Shown here piece after piece: positions 19,827 through 31,005 of a stretch of 49,011 nucleotides of DNA. The translations under genes and the position numbers were made by a program. The stretch's first letter is position 1, and the number at the start of each line of letters is the position of its first letter. The stretch comes from a virus: the UHGV virus genome UHGV-1353889, one strand, 5' to 3'. Below the pieces are notes generated by a model. That model was not told the origin of the DNA. It did not search any database and saw nothing but the letters and a program-made list of their open reading frames with translations.

Positions 19827-21238
19827 CCTCGATTAATCCTATCTTTGAACCGTTCATTGAGGCGCATCGCTACAAAGTCGCCAAAGGCGGTCGAGGTAGC
19901 GGTAAATCATGGGCAATTGCGAGACTGCTTGTTGAAGCGGCGCGTCGGCAGCCTGTGCGCATCCTCTGTGCTCGTGAACTGCAAAACAGTATCAGCGATT
20001 CGGTAATCCGGTTGCTTGAAGACACCATAGAGCGGGAAGGGTATTCGGCCGAGTTTGAAATTCAGCGTTCCATGATTCGTCATCTCGGAACGAATGCTGA
20101 ATTCATGTTCTACGGCATCAAAAACAACCCGACGAAGATTAAATCGCTCGAAGGCATTGATATCTGCTGGGTGGAAGAAGCGGAAGCGGTAACGAAGGAA
20201 TCGTGGGATATCCTGATACCAACCATCCGTAAGCCGTTCTCTGAAATATGGGTAAGCTTCAACCCGAAAAACATACTCGACGATACCTATCAGCGGTTCG
20301 TCGTAAATCCTCCCGATGATATTTGCCTGCTGACGGTGAACTACACCGACAATCCGCACTTTCCTGAAGTTCTCCGTCTGGAGATGGAAGAGTGTAAACG
20401 CAGAAATCCGACACTGTATCGTCACATCTGGCTTGGTGAGCCGGTAAGCGCAAGTGATATGGCAATCATCAAACGTGAATGGCTTGAAGCTGCTACCGAT
20501 GCGCACAAGAAACTCGGATGGAAAGCGAAAGGCGCGGTTGTTTCTGCGCATGACCCATCAGACACAGGGCCAGATGCTAAAGGTTACGCATCGCGTCACG
20601 GTTCGGTAGTTAAGCGCATTGCCGAAGGCCTGCTGATGGACATCAACGAGGGCGCTGACTGGGCTACTTCTCTGGCGATTGAAGACGGCGCTGACCACTA
20701 CTTGTGGGATGGTGATGGTGTTGGTGCAGGTCTACGCAGACAGACAACGGAAGCGTTCTCCGGTAAGAAAATCACCGCCACGATGTTCAAGGGCAGCGAA
20801 TCGCCATTCGATGAGGATGCGCCTTATCAGGCCGGAGCATGGGCTGATGAAGTCGTGCAGGGCGACAACGTTCGCACTATTGGCGATGTATTCCGCAATA
20901 AGCGAGCGCAATTCTATTACGCGCTGGCTGACAGGCTTTATCTGACATATCGGGCGGTTGTCCACGGTGAGTATGCAGACCCCGACGACATGCTGAGCTT
21001 CGACAAAGAAGCGATAGGCGAGAAGATGCTGGAGAAGCTGTTTGCAGAACTGACGCAGATTCAGCGCAAATTCAATAACAACGGGAAGCTGGAGCTAATG
21101 ACTAAGGTCGAAATGAAGCAGAAGCTCGGTATTCCATCTCCTAACCTGGCTGATGCGCTGATGATGTGTATGCATTGCCCGGAGTCGGCTGCGCAAACCG
21201 ACTATTCCAGTTACTCAATTCCTTGTGGTGTAGGTTGA
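19823..21238 (+). CDS. Terminase large subunit
   Basis: 471 aa; Walker A KVAKGGRGSGKS, nuclease-domain acidic residues; the nested minus-strand ORF 19907..20551 is rejected. Confidence 0.85.
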   Translation: MTSINPIFEPFIEAHRYKVAKGGRGSGKSWAIARLLVEAARRQPVRILCARELQNSISDSVIRLLEDTIEREGYSAEFEIQRSMIRHLGTNAEFMFYGIKNNPTKIKSLEGIDICWVEEAEAVTKESWDILIPTIRKPFSEIWVSFNPKNILDDTYQRFVVNPPDDICLLTVNYTDNPHFPEVLRLEMEECKRRNPTLYRHIWLGEPVSASDMAIIKREWLEAATDAHKKLGWKAKGAVVSAHDPSDTGPDAKGYASRHGSVVKRIAEGLLMDINEGADWATSLAIEDGADHYLWDGDGVGAGLRRQTTEAFSGKKITATMFKGSESPFDEDAPYQAGAWADEVVQGDNVRTIGDVFRNKRAQFYYALADRLYLTYRAVVHGEYADPDDMLSFDKEAIGEKMLEKLFAELTQIQRKFNNNGKLELMTKVEMKQKLGIPSPNLADALMMCMHCPESAAQTDYSSYSIPCGVG

Positions 21239-21239
21239 T

Positions 21240-23438
21240 ATGGCAGAAAAAAAGATGACTGACTGGCATCGCAAGGTGCTGTGCAACTTTGATAATGCCT
21301 GGTCAGCAACGCAGGATATGCGTGAGCAGATTATTGAGGCTCAACGTTTCGTACGGGTGTCCGGCGCACAGTGGGAAGGCAGCACAAACGCTGGTTACTC
21401 ATTTGATGAGGGCAGGTTTGAGCATTACCCGCGCTTTGAGCTGAATAAGATCGCCCGTGAATGTGATCGCATCATTGGTGAGTATCGACAGAATCGCATC
21501 AGCGTTAAATTCAGGCCGAAGGACGATAAGGCATCGGAAGCGTTAGCCGAAAAGATGAACGGCAAATTCCGCGCTGACTATCAGGAAACATCCGGTGGCG
21601 AAGCGTGTGATAACGCATTTGATGATGCTGTAACGGGCGGATTCGGTTGTTTCCGCATGTGTGCTGATTACGAGGATGAAATGGATCCGAGTAACGAGCA
21701 GCGACGCATCAGCCTTCTTCCTGTTTACGACCCAGCGACATGCGTCTTCTTCGATCAGGACAGCAAGCAATATGACCGCTCTGATGCTATGTGGGCTATG
21801 GAAATGTTCTCCATGACGCCTAAAGCGTTCGAGGCTGAATACCCTGATTCCATTGCGGCAAGCCTTTCTCGTGATGACACTGGTACTCAGTATGACTGGT
21901 CAACGCCCGATGCCATCTATGTTGGACGCTACTACGAAGTTCGCATAGAGAAGGTGAAGCTCACGGCGTGGCGCAATCCTGTCAGCGGAGAAACAGCAAT
22001 CTATGATGAAGAGCAAATCAAAGATATTGTCGACGAGCTAACCGATGGCGCATTCGAACTGATTGGTGAGCGGACAGTGAAGAAACGCCGAGTTTATTGC
22101 GGTCTTCTGTCTGGCGCTGAATGGCTGGAAGAACCGAAGCGCATTCCGGGCGAACATATTCCTCTCATCCCGGTATATGGGCGTCGTTCATTTGTTGATA
22201 ATCAGGAGCGAATCGAAGGCCACGCAGCAAAAGCGATGGATGCACAGCGTCTTGAGAACCTGATGGTTTCCATGATTGCAGATAACGCCACTCAGGCTGG
22301 CGGTGATGGCATTCCTATCGTGGATGTTGATTTCATTCCCGGCCCATTAATGAATTACTGGGCAGAGAGGAATAAGAATAGACCTGCAGTTCTTCCTATG
22401 ACCAGCAAGAAGGACAAAAACGGAACAGTCATTTCAGAAGCTCAGGTTGCTGGCTGGACACCTCCGACACAAATGCCTCCAGCTCTTGCCGGGCTATTGC
22501 AGTACACCGGAACGGCTATTCAGCAAATTACAGGCGCGTCGCAGCTTGAGAACATGCCGAGCAACGTCGCTACCGATACCGTTGATAGCATCTTTAACCG
22601 GATGGATACGCAGTCCTATATCTACATGGACAACATGGCTAAATCCATGCGTCGCGCTGGCGTTGTGTGGCTTTCTATGGCGCGTGAAGTCTATGGCAGC
22701 GATACGCCGATGCGTATCGTTAATGAGGACGGCAGCGATGACGTGGCGCTGATGACTGGTGAAGTTGTTGACCGTCAGACAGGGCAGGTTATCGCGCTTA
22801 ATGACCTTTCGCAGGGCAACTATGAAGTGACTGTCGATGTTGGTCAGTCGTTCGCTACTCGCCGTGATGCAACGGTTAAGTCGTTACTTTCCATGCTGGC
22901 ACTTATCCCACCAGGAACGCCGAAGCACGACCTTGTATCGTCGATGATTCTCGACAATATGGACGGCGAAGGGATGGACGACCTTAAAGAATACAATCGC
23001 AATCAGTTGCTTCTGTCTGGAGTTATCAAGCCGAGAACGCCAGAAGAACAGCAAATGGTTGAGCAGGCGAAACAACAACAGGCCAGTCAGCCAGATCCGG
23101 CTATGGTTGCTGCGCAAGGTCAGCTTCTTGCTGGTCAGGCTGAATTGCAGAAAGCGCAGAACGAACAAGCAGCCATTCAGGTTAAAGCATTCCAGGCACA
23201 GACGGATGCTCAGGTTGCTGCGGCAAATGTTGTGAAAATCCTCGCATCTGCCGATAGCCAGCAAAAATCTGATATCCGTGAGGCGCTGAAACTGCTCGGA
23301 CAGTTCCAGCAACAGCAGGGAGATAATGCCCGTTCTGATGCAGAGCTTGTCTTGAAAAGTCAGGCACAGGGCCATGCGCAGCGCATGGACATCAGCAGCA
23401 TCCTGCAAAAATCAACTCAGCAACAACCACAGCAGTAA
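21240..23438 (+). CDS. Portal protein (P22 gp1-like)
   Basis: 732 aa; Gln-rich C-terminal helical tail typical of P22-type portals. Confidence 0.8.
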   Translation: MAEKKMTDWHRKVLCNFDNAWSATQDMREQIIEAQRFVRVSGAQWEGSTNAGYSFDEGRFEHYPRFELNKIARECDRIIGEYRQNRISVKFRPKDDKASEALAEKMNGKFRADYQETSGGEACDNAFDDAVTGGFGCFRMCADYEDEMDPSNEQRRISLLPVYDPATCVFFDQDSKQYDRSDAMWAMEMFSMTPKAFEAEYPDSIAASLSRDDTGTQYDWSTPDAIYVGRYYEVRIEKVKLTAWRNPVSGETAIYDEEQIKDIVDELTDGAFELIGERTVKKRRVYCGLLSGAEWLEEPKRIPGEHIPLIPVYGRRSFVDNQERIEGHAAKAMDAQRLENLMVSMIADNATQAGGDGIPIVDVDFIPGPLMNYWAERNKNRPAVLPMTSKKDKNGTVISEAQVAGWTPPTQMPPALAGLLQYTGTAIQQITGASQLENMPSNVATDTVDSIFNRMDTQSYIYMDNMAKSMRRAGVVWLSMAREVYGSDTPMRIVNEDGSDDVALMTGEVVDRQTGQVIALNDLSQGNYEVTVDVGQSFATRRDATVKSLLSMLALIPPGTPKHDLVSSMILDNMDGEGMDDLKEYNRNQLLLSGVIKPRTPEEQQMVEQAKQQQASQPDPAMVAAQGQLLAGQAELQKAQNEQAAIQVKAFQAQTDAQVAAANVVKILASADSQQKSDIREALKLLGQFQQQQGDNARSDAELVLKSQAQGHAQRMDISSILQKSTQQQPQQ

Positions 23439-23528
23439 TTAACCCATAACGTGCAATGGCTGTCTTTATGAGGCCTGGCACCCTATTGCCTTCCGATGGG
23501 CTGAACATCGAGTAAACAGGGGTAACAA

Positions 23529-24422
23529 ATGGACCAGATGGCAGAAAACACACCAGAAGTTGAAATCGAAACCGACGCGTCAGAGCAGATTCCTGATGAT
23601 GTCGAACTGGCTGAAGAAGTCGAAACAGAAGATGGCAGTGAGTCCTCCGGTAATGATGCAGAGGAAGCTACTGAAACTGATGACGACGAATCAAAACAGG
23701 AATTCTACTTTGGTGACGAAAAGCTGGATTCGCCAACCAGCGAAGATGGAGCTGAGCATGGACTGGTAAAACACTTGCGCAAGACGATTAAAGAGAAAGA
23801 CCGCGAGCTGAAAGAGCTGATGCGTCAGTCTCAGAAACCCGTCGAGCAGCAGCCGGTAATCACTCAACCACCGCGAATGCCAAAACTGGACGATGAGGAC
23901 ATCGGTTTCGATGAAGAAATCTACCAGCAACGCATGGCTAAGTGGGCAGAGGATAACGGCAAGTACCAGCAACAGGAGATGGCTCGCAAGCAGAAGGAGC
24001 AGGAGCTTCAGGCTGCCTATCAAGATCGATTATCCAAATATCAGCAACGTGTTAAGGCTCTCAAGGTTCCTGGCTATCAGGAAGCAGAACAGGCCGTACT
24101 CGAGGAAATCCCCATCGAGACACAAAACGCGATCCTGTTTGAGTCAGAGAAGCCGGAAATCGTTGTTCTGGCACTCGGTCGCAACGCTGAACTGCGCAAG
24201 CAACTGGCAGAAGCTACCAACCTCGTAGCAATTGGTCGTCTGCTGGAACGTATCGAATCGAAGGCCAGAATCATGCCAAAAGCAAAAACCACGGCAGCCA
24301 CAACCCCGACAGTTAAGGGGAGCAACGGCGCAGTAATCAACAACCTAGACAAATTGAAAGCCAAGGCGCTGGAAACTGGTGACTGGACGCCGTATTTCGC
24401 CGCTAAAAAGGCAAAAAAATAA
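23529..24422 (+). CDS. Scaffolding protein
   Basis: 297 aa, highly charged helical protein between portal and coat. Confidence 0.6.
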   Translation: MDQMAENTPEVEIETDASEQIPDDVELAEEVETEDGSESSGNDAEEATETDDDESKQEFYFGDEKLDSPTSEDGAEHGLVKHLRKTIKEKDRELKELMRQSQKPVEQQPVITQPPRMPKLDDEDIGFDEEIYQQRMAKWAEDNGKYQQQEMARKQKEQELQAAYQDRLSKYQQRVKALKVPGYQEAEQAVLEEIPIETQNAILFESEKPEIVVLALGRNAELRKQLAEATNLVAIGRLLERIESKARIMPKAKTTAATTPTVKGSNGAVINNLDKLKAKALETGDWTPYFAAKKAKK

Positions 24423-24440
24423 CCTATCGGAGCATTAAGC

Positions 24441-25694
24441 ATGGCTAACCAATTAGCAAAAGACCTTGAAATCATGTTCGAAAACTACGTTGAAGGCTTT
24501 GAGGCCGCCTGCGTAGTTTCCCGTAACGCTAAAAAATTCCGTCCCGGTGATACTGCAATGCAGCGAGCAGGTGATGTTCTGTATCGTCCGCAGCATTACC
24601 ACATGAACATTGAGGAAGGCCTCGACCTCAGCGGAAAAACGCCTACAGCACTGGTTCAGCGCCTTGTTCCTTCAGTGTTCAAGGAGCCGAAAAACATTCT
24701 GTACACTCTGGATGCGCGTGAAATGCGTGACCCGGAACATAAAACTGAAGCTGGTCGCGCCGCAGGTATGCGCCTTGCTGCACAGATTGACTCTGACCTG
24801 ATTTCCATGGTCACGCAGCGTGCTACTAACGTGATCACAATGGCTGACTCAACCACTGGTTCACAGGGCCGTGATTTGTGGAACTGTGCGGCAGGTATTG
24901 ATGCCACCATGACGGCGATTGGCGTACCTCAGGGGATCAACCGTCGCTCTTTCTGGAACCCCTTCAACTACAAAGACCTTGCTGGCGAGCTTGGTCACCG
25001 TGCCTATGCTCAGGGCGCAACCCTGACAGCATACGAAAAAGCGCAGATCCCTCCGGTTGCGTCATTCGATAGCTACAAGACCGATATTTCTGGTCGTGTT
25101 CCGAAGGGTACAGCAACTTCCCTGACGCTGGCGGCTGAACCTGCGCACAAGGTTGAAGCGAAAGATGCCAACGATATGCCAGTGGATAACCGACAGGGGA
25201 CCATTACGGTATCTGCATCTGGTTTGCAGGTTGGCGATGCGTTCACCATTGCTGGCGTGAATTCCGTACACCAGATCACCAAAGATACCACCGGGCAGCC
25301 GCAGGTATTCCGCGTTCTGGCAGTAAGCGGAACGACAGTAACTATCTCCCCGAAAATTCTGCCGCCTGACAACGCGGATGTCGCCAGCCGACCATATGCA
25401 AACGTTGATGCTAACGCGGCAAATAGCGCAGCAATCACCATTCTCAACAAGAATGCTGCACCGGCTAACCTGTTCTGGGCTGATGGTTCTGTTGAGCTGA
25501 TGTACGGCAAACTGGCGTTCCCGACTGGTCAGGGTCCACAGGTAATGACAGCAACCACCGAGCAGGGCGCTACGCTGATCATGTCTTACGCCTTCGACCA
25601 CATCAAAGGCGTAACCACTGCTCGTTTCACCACTCTGTACGGTTGCTCTGTACTTGTTCCTGAATATACGGGCATCGTTATTGCCGGGCAGTAA
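24441..25694 (+). CDS. Major capsid (coat) protein, P22-like
   Basis: 417 aa in coat position with strong RBS. Confidence 0.7.
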   Translation: MANQLAKDLEIMFENYVEGFEAACVVSRNAKKFRPGDTAMQRAGDVLYRPQHYHMNIEEGLDLSGKTPTALVQRLVPSVFKEPKNILYTLDAREMRDPEHKTEAGRAAGMRLAAQIDSDLISMVTQRATNVITMADSTTGSQGRDLWNCAAGIDATMTAIGVPQGINRRSFWNPFNYKDLAGELGHRAYAQGATLTAYEKAQIPPVASFDSYKTDISGRVPKGTATSLTLAAEPAHKVEAKDANDMPVDNRQGTITVSASGLQVGDAFTIAGVNSVHQITKDTTGQPQVFRVLAVSGTTVTISPKILPPDNADVASRPYANVDANAANSAAITILNKNAAPANLFWADGSVELMYGKLAFPTGQGPQVMTATTEQGATLIMSYAFDHIKGVTTARFTTLYGCSVLVPEYTGIVIAGQ

Positions 25695-25904
25695 TTTTGG
25701 TGGGGCTTCGGCCCCATTTTTATTGGGAGAAGACAATGGCACGAACAATGCTCTATAAGCCTGGCAACATGATCACCTGTGGTCAGTTTGCTGTCGATTA
25801 CATCATTGTTGATGACGAGGAAGTTAAATCTCACCTGAAAAAAGGTTGGGTAAAAACTCCTGAAGAAACCGCAACGAAGCAAAAAGTGGCTAAGGCGGAA
25901 GAAG

Positions 25905-26366
25905 ATGGCGAAAACGAAGGGTGATCTCGTTCTTAAGGCTTTACGAAAAGCCGGGCTGTATTCCAATGCCACGTTGACAGATGCTGACCCTCAGGCAATT
26001 GAAGATGCCATTAATGACCTCGAAGACATGATGGCAGCATGGCAGGCGAAAGGTATCGAGCTTGGATATCAGTTTGCTGATACAGAAAACGGCATCATGC
26101 CGTTACCTGACGATGATTCAGGTATCCCTGCATGGGCAAATGATGGCGTTGCTTTGAAACTCGCTGTGCAAGTGTGCATGGATAACGTCATTCAGCCGTC
26201 AGACGCTCTCCTTACCGCTGCTGACAGTGCATATCAAACAATCTGTATCGCTTTAACCAAAATACCACCACTTGAGCGGCGAAATGACATGCCTCGCGGT
26301 AGTGGTAACAAAAGCGCGTTTACGTGGAATCGGTTTTACATCGAGAAAGATGATCCGAGTACGTGA
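25905..26366 (+). CDS. Head completion / tail accessory protein (P22 gp4-like)
   Basis: 153 aa; synteny after coat. Confidence 0.5.
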   Translation: MAKTKGDLVLKALRKAGLYSNATLTDADPQAIEDAINDLEDMMAAWQAKGIELGYQFADTENGIMPLPDDDSGIPAWANDGVALKLAVQVCMDNVIQPSDALLTAADSAYQTICIALTKIPPLERRNDMPRGSGNKSAFTWNRFYIEKDDPST

Positions 26367-26375
26367 GGTGAATAA

Positions 26376-27794
26376 ATGCCGATTCAGCAACTTCCGCTTA
26401 TGAAAGGTGTCGGCAAAGATTTCAGAAACGCCGACTATATCGACTATCTGCCAGTAAATATGTTGGCTACACCCAAAGAAATCCTGAACAGCAGCGGATA
26501 TCTTCGCTCATTCCCGGGCATTGCCAAATGCTCTGATGTGAACGGTGTATCTCGCGGCGTCGAGTACAACATGGCGCAGAATGCTGTTTATCGCGTGTGT
26601 GGTGGCAAGCTGTACAAAGGCGAAAGTGAAGTCGGTGATGTTGCCGGAAGTGGTCGCGTATCAATGGCGCATGGTCGAACATCTCAGGCTGTAGGCTTTA
26701 ATGGTCAACTGGTCGAGTATCGCTATGATGGCACGGTTAAAACCGTCTCAAACTGGCCTACAGACAGCGGATTCACGCAGTATGAGTTAGGCTCAGTCCG
26801 CGATATTACGCGCTTACGTGGGCGTTATGCGTGGTCAAAAGATGGTAGTGATTCATGGTTTATCACTGATCTTGAAGACGAATCGCACCCTGACCGATAC
26901 AGTGCACAATATCGCGCAGAATCGCAGCCGGACGGCATCATCGGTATCGGAACATGGCGAGACTTCATCGTCTGCTTTGGTTCATCGACGATTGAATATT
27001 TTTCCCTGACAGGCGCAACCACCGTTGGTGCTGCTTTATATGTCGCCCAGCCATCGCTGATGGTGCAGAAAGGCATTGCCGGAACTTACTGCAAAACGCC
27101 GTTTGCTGATTCCTATGCGTTCATCAGCAATCCGGCAACAGGTGCGCCGTCTGTATACATCATCGGCTCCGGCCAGGTGTCACCAATCGCCAGCGCGAGC
27201 ATTGAGAAAATACTACGCTCCTACACTGCTGATGAACTGGCTGATGGCGTGATGGAATCGTTGCGGTTTGATGCTCATGAATTGCTGATTATCCACCTTC
27301 CGCGCCATGTTCTTGTTTACGACGCATCTTCAAGCGCCAATGGTCCGCAATGGTGTGTACTGAAAACAGGCCTGTATGACGATGTGTACCGCGCTATCGA
27401 CTTCATTTACGAAGGCAATCAGATAACGTGCGGCGATAAGCTGGAGTCCGTGACCGGGAAATTGCAATTCGATATCAGCAGCCAGTACGACAAGCAACAG
27501 GAACATCTGCTGTTTACTCCTCTGTTCAAAGCGGATAACGCCAGAGTTTTCGACCTTGAAGTTGAATCTTCAACTGGCGTTGCTCAGTACGCTGACCGCC
27601 TGTTCCTATCGGCAACCACTGACGGCATAAATTACGGTCGTGAGCAGATGATTGAGCAGAATGAACCGTTCGTTTACGACAAACGCGTTTTGTGGAAGCG
27701 TGTCGGGCGCATCAGGAAAAACATTGGCTTCAAATTGCGCGTTATCACGAAGTCACCTGTCACTCTGTCTGGTTGCCAGATAAGGATTGAGTAA
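26376..27794 (+). CDS. Head-tail adaptor (P22 gp10-like)
   Basis: 472 aa, same length as P22 gp10; synteny. Confidence 0.6.
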   Translation: MPIQQLPLMKGVGKDFRNADYIDYLPVNMLATPKEILNSSGYLRSFPGIAKCSDVNGVSRGVEYNMAQNAVYRVCGGKLYKGESEVGDVAGSGRVSMAHGRTSQAVGFNGQLVEYRYDGTVKTVSNWPTDSGFTQYELGSVRDITRLRGRYAWSKDGSDSWFITDLEDESHPDRYSAQYRAESQPDGIIGIGTWRDFIVCFGSSTIEYFSLTGATTVGAALYVAQPSLMVQKGIAGTYCKTPFADSYAFISNPATGAPSVYIIGSGQVSPIASASIEKILRSYTADELADGVMESLRFDAHELLIIHLPRHVLVYDASSSANGPQWCVLKTGLYDDVYRAIDFIYEGNQITCGDKLESVTGKLQFDISSQYDKQQEHLLFTPLFKADNARVFDLEVESSTGVAQYADRLFLSATTDGINYGREQMIEQNEPFVYDKRVLWKRVGRIRKNIGFKLRVITKSPVTLSGCQIRIE

Positions 27795-28495
27795 TGGCTG
27801 ATTCGAATCTCAATGAGCCGGTAACAATTCAGGCTACACGACTCGATACATCAATCCTTCCACGCAATATATTCAGCCAGTCTTACCTGCTGTATGTCAT
27901 TAATCAGGGGGCTGATGTCGGCGCAATTGCCGGGAAGGCAAATCAGGCTGGTCAGGGCGCTTACGATGCCCAGGTAAAAAACGATGAACAGGATGTCGAA
28001 CTGGCTGATCACGACGCAAGAATCACCGCAAACACAAAAGCGATAAATCTCCTTGAGGTCAGGTTAACAACTGCCGAAGGGAAGATAGTCGTACTGCGTA
28101 GCGATGTTGATTACTTGCTGGATGAGGTTATCGATATTCAGGCGCATCTGGTCACTGTTGACCAAAGACTGGATGACGTAGAAAACGATGTCTCTGGCAT
28201 TAAGAGTGATTACGTATCGAAAACCGTAACCGAATTGCAGTCTCTTGAGTCACCGCTGGATGTAAAAACATCATATTCAGTTGATGGAATTCAGGTTGTT
28301 GGAGCAAGAAATACCGGATGGACTGCAGCCACAGGTACGCCACTTCTTGGCTCATTCAACGCTAACCAGTCATACACTGTCGGCACTACGTACACACAAT
28401 CCGAAGTCGCAGCTCTCGCTACAGGTTTGCAGCAGGCGCGGCAGCGTATTCTGGCGCTTGAAACGGCACTTAGATTACATGGGCTGATTGACTGA
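27794..28495 (+). CDS. Tail needle protein (P22 gp26-like)
   Basis: 233 aa; trimeric coiled-coil heptads, same length as P22 gp26. Confidence 0.65.
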   Translation: MADSNLNEPVTIQATRLDTSILPRNIFSQSYLLYVINQGADVGAIAGKANQAGQGAYDAQVKNDEQDVELADHDARITANTKAINLLEVRLTTAEGKIVVLRSDVDYLLDEVIDIQAHLVTVDQRLDDVENDVSGIKSDYVSKTVTELQSLESPLDVKTSYSVDGIQVVGARNTGWTAATGTPLLGSFNANQSYTVGTTYTQSEVAALATGLQQARQRILALETALRLHGLID

Positions 28496-28950
28496 TGATT
28501 ACATTCAAACCAACGCGAAACATCGACCTGATAGAAGCCGTAGGAAATCACCCTGACATTATCGCTGGTAGCAACAACGGTGATGGATACGACTACAAAC
28601 CTGAATGCCGTTACTTTGAGGTGAACGTGCACGGGCAGTTCGGCGGAATTGTTTACTATCAGGAGATTCAGCCGCTAACCTTTGATTGCCACGCCATGTA
28701 CCTGCCAGAGATTCGTGGATTCAGCAAGGAAATCGGGCTGGCGTTCTGGCGATACATTCTGACTAACACCACCGTTCAGTGCGTCACATCGTTCGCCGCA
28801 CGCAAATTCCGCCACGGGCAGATTTACTGCGCAATGATTGGCCTTAAGCGTGTAGGAACCATCAAGAAATACTTCAAAGGCGTGGATGACGTGACTTTTT
28901 ACAGCGCCACACGCGAAGAACTAATCGACTTCCTGAATCACGGGAGATAG
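28495..28950 (+). CDS. Tail/ejection-associated protein (gp14-like)
   Basis: 151 aa, synteny. Confidence 0.4.
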   Translation: MITFKPTRNIDLIEAVGNHPDIIAGSNNGDGYDYKPECRYFEVNVHGQFGGIVYYQEIQPLTFDCHAMYLPEIRGFSKEIGLAFWRYILTNTTVQCVTSFAARKFRHGQIYCAMIGLKRVGTIKKYFKGVDDVTFYSATREELIDFLNHGR

Positions 28951-28952
28951 CC

Positions 28953-29645
28953 ATGTTATATGCATTTAAGCTGGGCAGAAAACTGCGCGGCGAGGAACCT
29001 TATTGCCCTGAAAAAGGCGGGAAAGGTGGCAGTTCTGATAAAAGCGCAAAGTATGCAGCAGAAGCTCAGAAGTATGCCGCAGACCTGCAAAATCAGCAGT
29101 TCAACACCATCATGAACAACCTGAAACCGTTTACTCCTCTGGCTGAGAAGTATGTCGGCAGCCTCGAGAACTTATCGTCTCTGGAGGGGCAAGGTCAGGC
29201 ACTTAACCAGTATTACAACTCTCAGCAGTACAAAGATCTTGCTGGTCAGGCTCGCTATCAGAGTCTGGCGGCAGCGGAAGCAACAGGTGGATTGGGTTCC
29301 ACCGCAACCAGTAATCAGTTAGCAACAATCGCACCAACGCTTGGTCAGCAATGGCTATCTGGACAAATGAACAATTACAACAACCTGGCAAATATCGGTC
29401 TTGGCGCTCTTCAGGGACAGGCAAACGCCGGGCAAACATATGCCAACAACATGAGTCAGATTTCACAGCAAAGCGCGGCGCTGGCTGCGGCAAACGCCAA
29501 CCGACCGTCAGCATTGCAGCAGGGGGTTAGTGGTGCTGCATCCGGTGCACTTTTGGGTGGTGGCATAGCCAGTGCTCTCGAGCTATCAACTCCGTGGGGT
29601 GCTGGTATCGGTGCTGGTCTTGGTCTGCTTGGCTCGTTGTTTTAA
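28953..29645 (+). CDS. Ejection (DNA transfer) protein, gp7-like
   Basis: 230 aa; Gln/Ala/Gly-rich with C-terminal hydrophobic GAGIGAGLGLLGSLF. Confidence 0.55.
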   Translation: MLYAFKLGRKLRGEEPYCPEKGGKGGSSDKSAKYAAEAQKYAADLQNQQFNTIMNNLKPFTPLAEKYVGSLENLSSLEGQGQALNQYYNSQQYKDLAGQARYQSLAAAEATGGLGSTATSNQLATIAPTLGQQWLSGQMNNYNNLANIGLGALQGQANAGQTYANNMSQISQQSAALAAANANRPSALQQGVSGAASGALLGGGIASALELSTPWGAGIGAGLGLLGSLF

Positions 29646-29655
29646 GGGGTAATCA

Positions 29656-31005
29656 ATGGCTAAGTGGCAACAGGGTATTAATTCTGGTGGTTTTCTGGCT
29701 GGCATCGGTACGCAAAACGAGAATGCACCAAAGGCAAGCGACATTAACGCAACGCTTGGTCTGATCCGCGAAAACAATGAGTTGGCTCGCTCAGGTGCAA
29801 ATAACGTTGGTCTGACCGCGTTACGTGGTCTGGCTGGAGTTGCTGATATTTACAATCAGGAACAGCAACAGAAAGCGATTAATGCGTTCAATAAGGTTCA
29901 CGCTGATGCATGGGCTTCTGGTGATCCATCGGGACTATTTAAGTTTGCCCAGGAAAATCCAGCGTTTGTTGCACAGGCACAACAGGCGTTTTCCGGTCTT
30001 AATGATCAGCAACGCAACGATATGGGCGATTTAGCCATGAGGGCTAACGTCGCTCTTTCTCAGGGACCGGAAGCCTACAGTAAATTCATTACTGACAACA
30101 AGGACAGGTTAAATCGCGTGGGGGCGAATGCTGACTGGATGATTCAGACAGGTATCCAGAATCCAGAGCAGCTATCACACATGCTGACTACTATGACGCT
30201 AGGGGCTGTTGGTCCGGATAAAATGCTGGATTATCAGGATAAGATGGTTGGTCGCCAACTTGAGAAAGGGCGATTGGATGAAAGCATCCGTCAGGCTGAC
30301 ATGGAGAACGCGAGAGGATGGGCAAATATCCAAAACGCTCAACTAGACAGGGCTCAGCGGGCACAAATGCATAATGATAACGTAGCCCTGAAGTTGCAGG
30401 AATTAGGGATGAAACAACAGGAAAGCGGAAAGATTGACCCAAAACTTGTTCGAGATCTGAATAGTGATATTAATGGGTTCTCAAAGAATTATTCTGCAAT
30501 GCGCAGTGCTGCTGACAACCTACAAGCCCTTGGGAAGCGCAACACTCCGGCCGCGCAGTTGGGAATGATTTTCAACTATATGAAATCGCTGGATCCGCAA
30601 TCTGTGGTACGCGAAGGTGAGCAAGTGCAGGTAAAACGCACTGATGGAATATTCGGCACACTTGGTAACTATGTTAGCCAATTATCTAACGGCAAGATGC
30701 TGAATAATGAGCAAGTCCAAGACTTAATCAACACCTCAAAACTGATGGCAAATACTGAAGGAGAAAAGTTTAATCAGCAAATGGATGATTATCTTTCAAC
30801 TTATGGGGATTCTCTCCCCAGCGGACTAACTAAGCAATTGCAATCCAGAAAAGCCAAGCTGTATGAAGATATTCAGCAGCCTGCGCAACAACAGACACAA
30901 CAAGCAACATCTGGCGGTCAAACATTTCGAGAAGGTATGACCGCGAAAAATCCTAAAACTGGTCAGAAAATTATTTACAGGAACGGACAATGGCAACCAA
31001 TGTAG
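29656..31005 (+). CDS. Ejection protein, gp20-like
   Basis: 449 aa, synteny with P22 ejection cassette. Confidence 0.55.
   Translation: MAKWQQGINSGGFLAGIGTQNENAPKASDINATLGLIRENNELARSGANNVGLTALRGLAGVADIYNQEQQQKAINAFNKVHADAWASGDPSGLFKFAQENPAFVAQAQQAFSGLNDQQRNDMGDLAMRANVALSQGPEAYSKFITDNKDRLNRVGANADWMIQTGIQNPEQLSHMLTTMTLGAVGPDKMLDYQDKMVGRQLEKGRLDESIRQADMENARGWANIQNAQLDRAQRAQMHNDNVALKLQELGMKQQESGKIDPKLVRDLNSDINGFSKNYSAMRSAADNLQALGKRNTPAAQLGMIFNYMKSLDPQSVVREGEQVQVKRTDGIFGTLGNYVSQLSNGKMLNNEQVQDLINTSKLMANTEGEKFNQQMDDYLSTYGDSLPSGLTKQLQSRKAKLYEDIQQPAQQQTQQATSGGQTFREGMTAKNPKTGQKIIYRNGQWQPM

Noticed and set aside
19907-20551. 214-aa minus-strand ORF nested inside the large terminase gene
   Set aside because: Fully antisense to a well-supported conserved gene, no RBS context; typical shadow ORF
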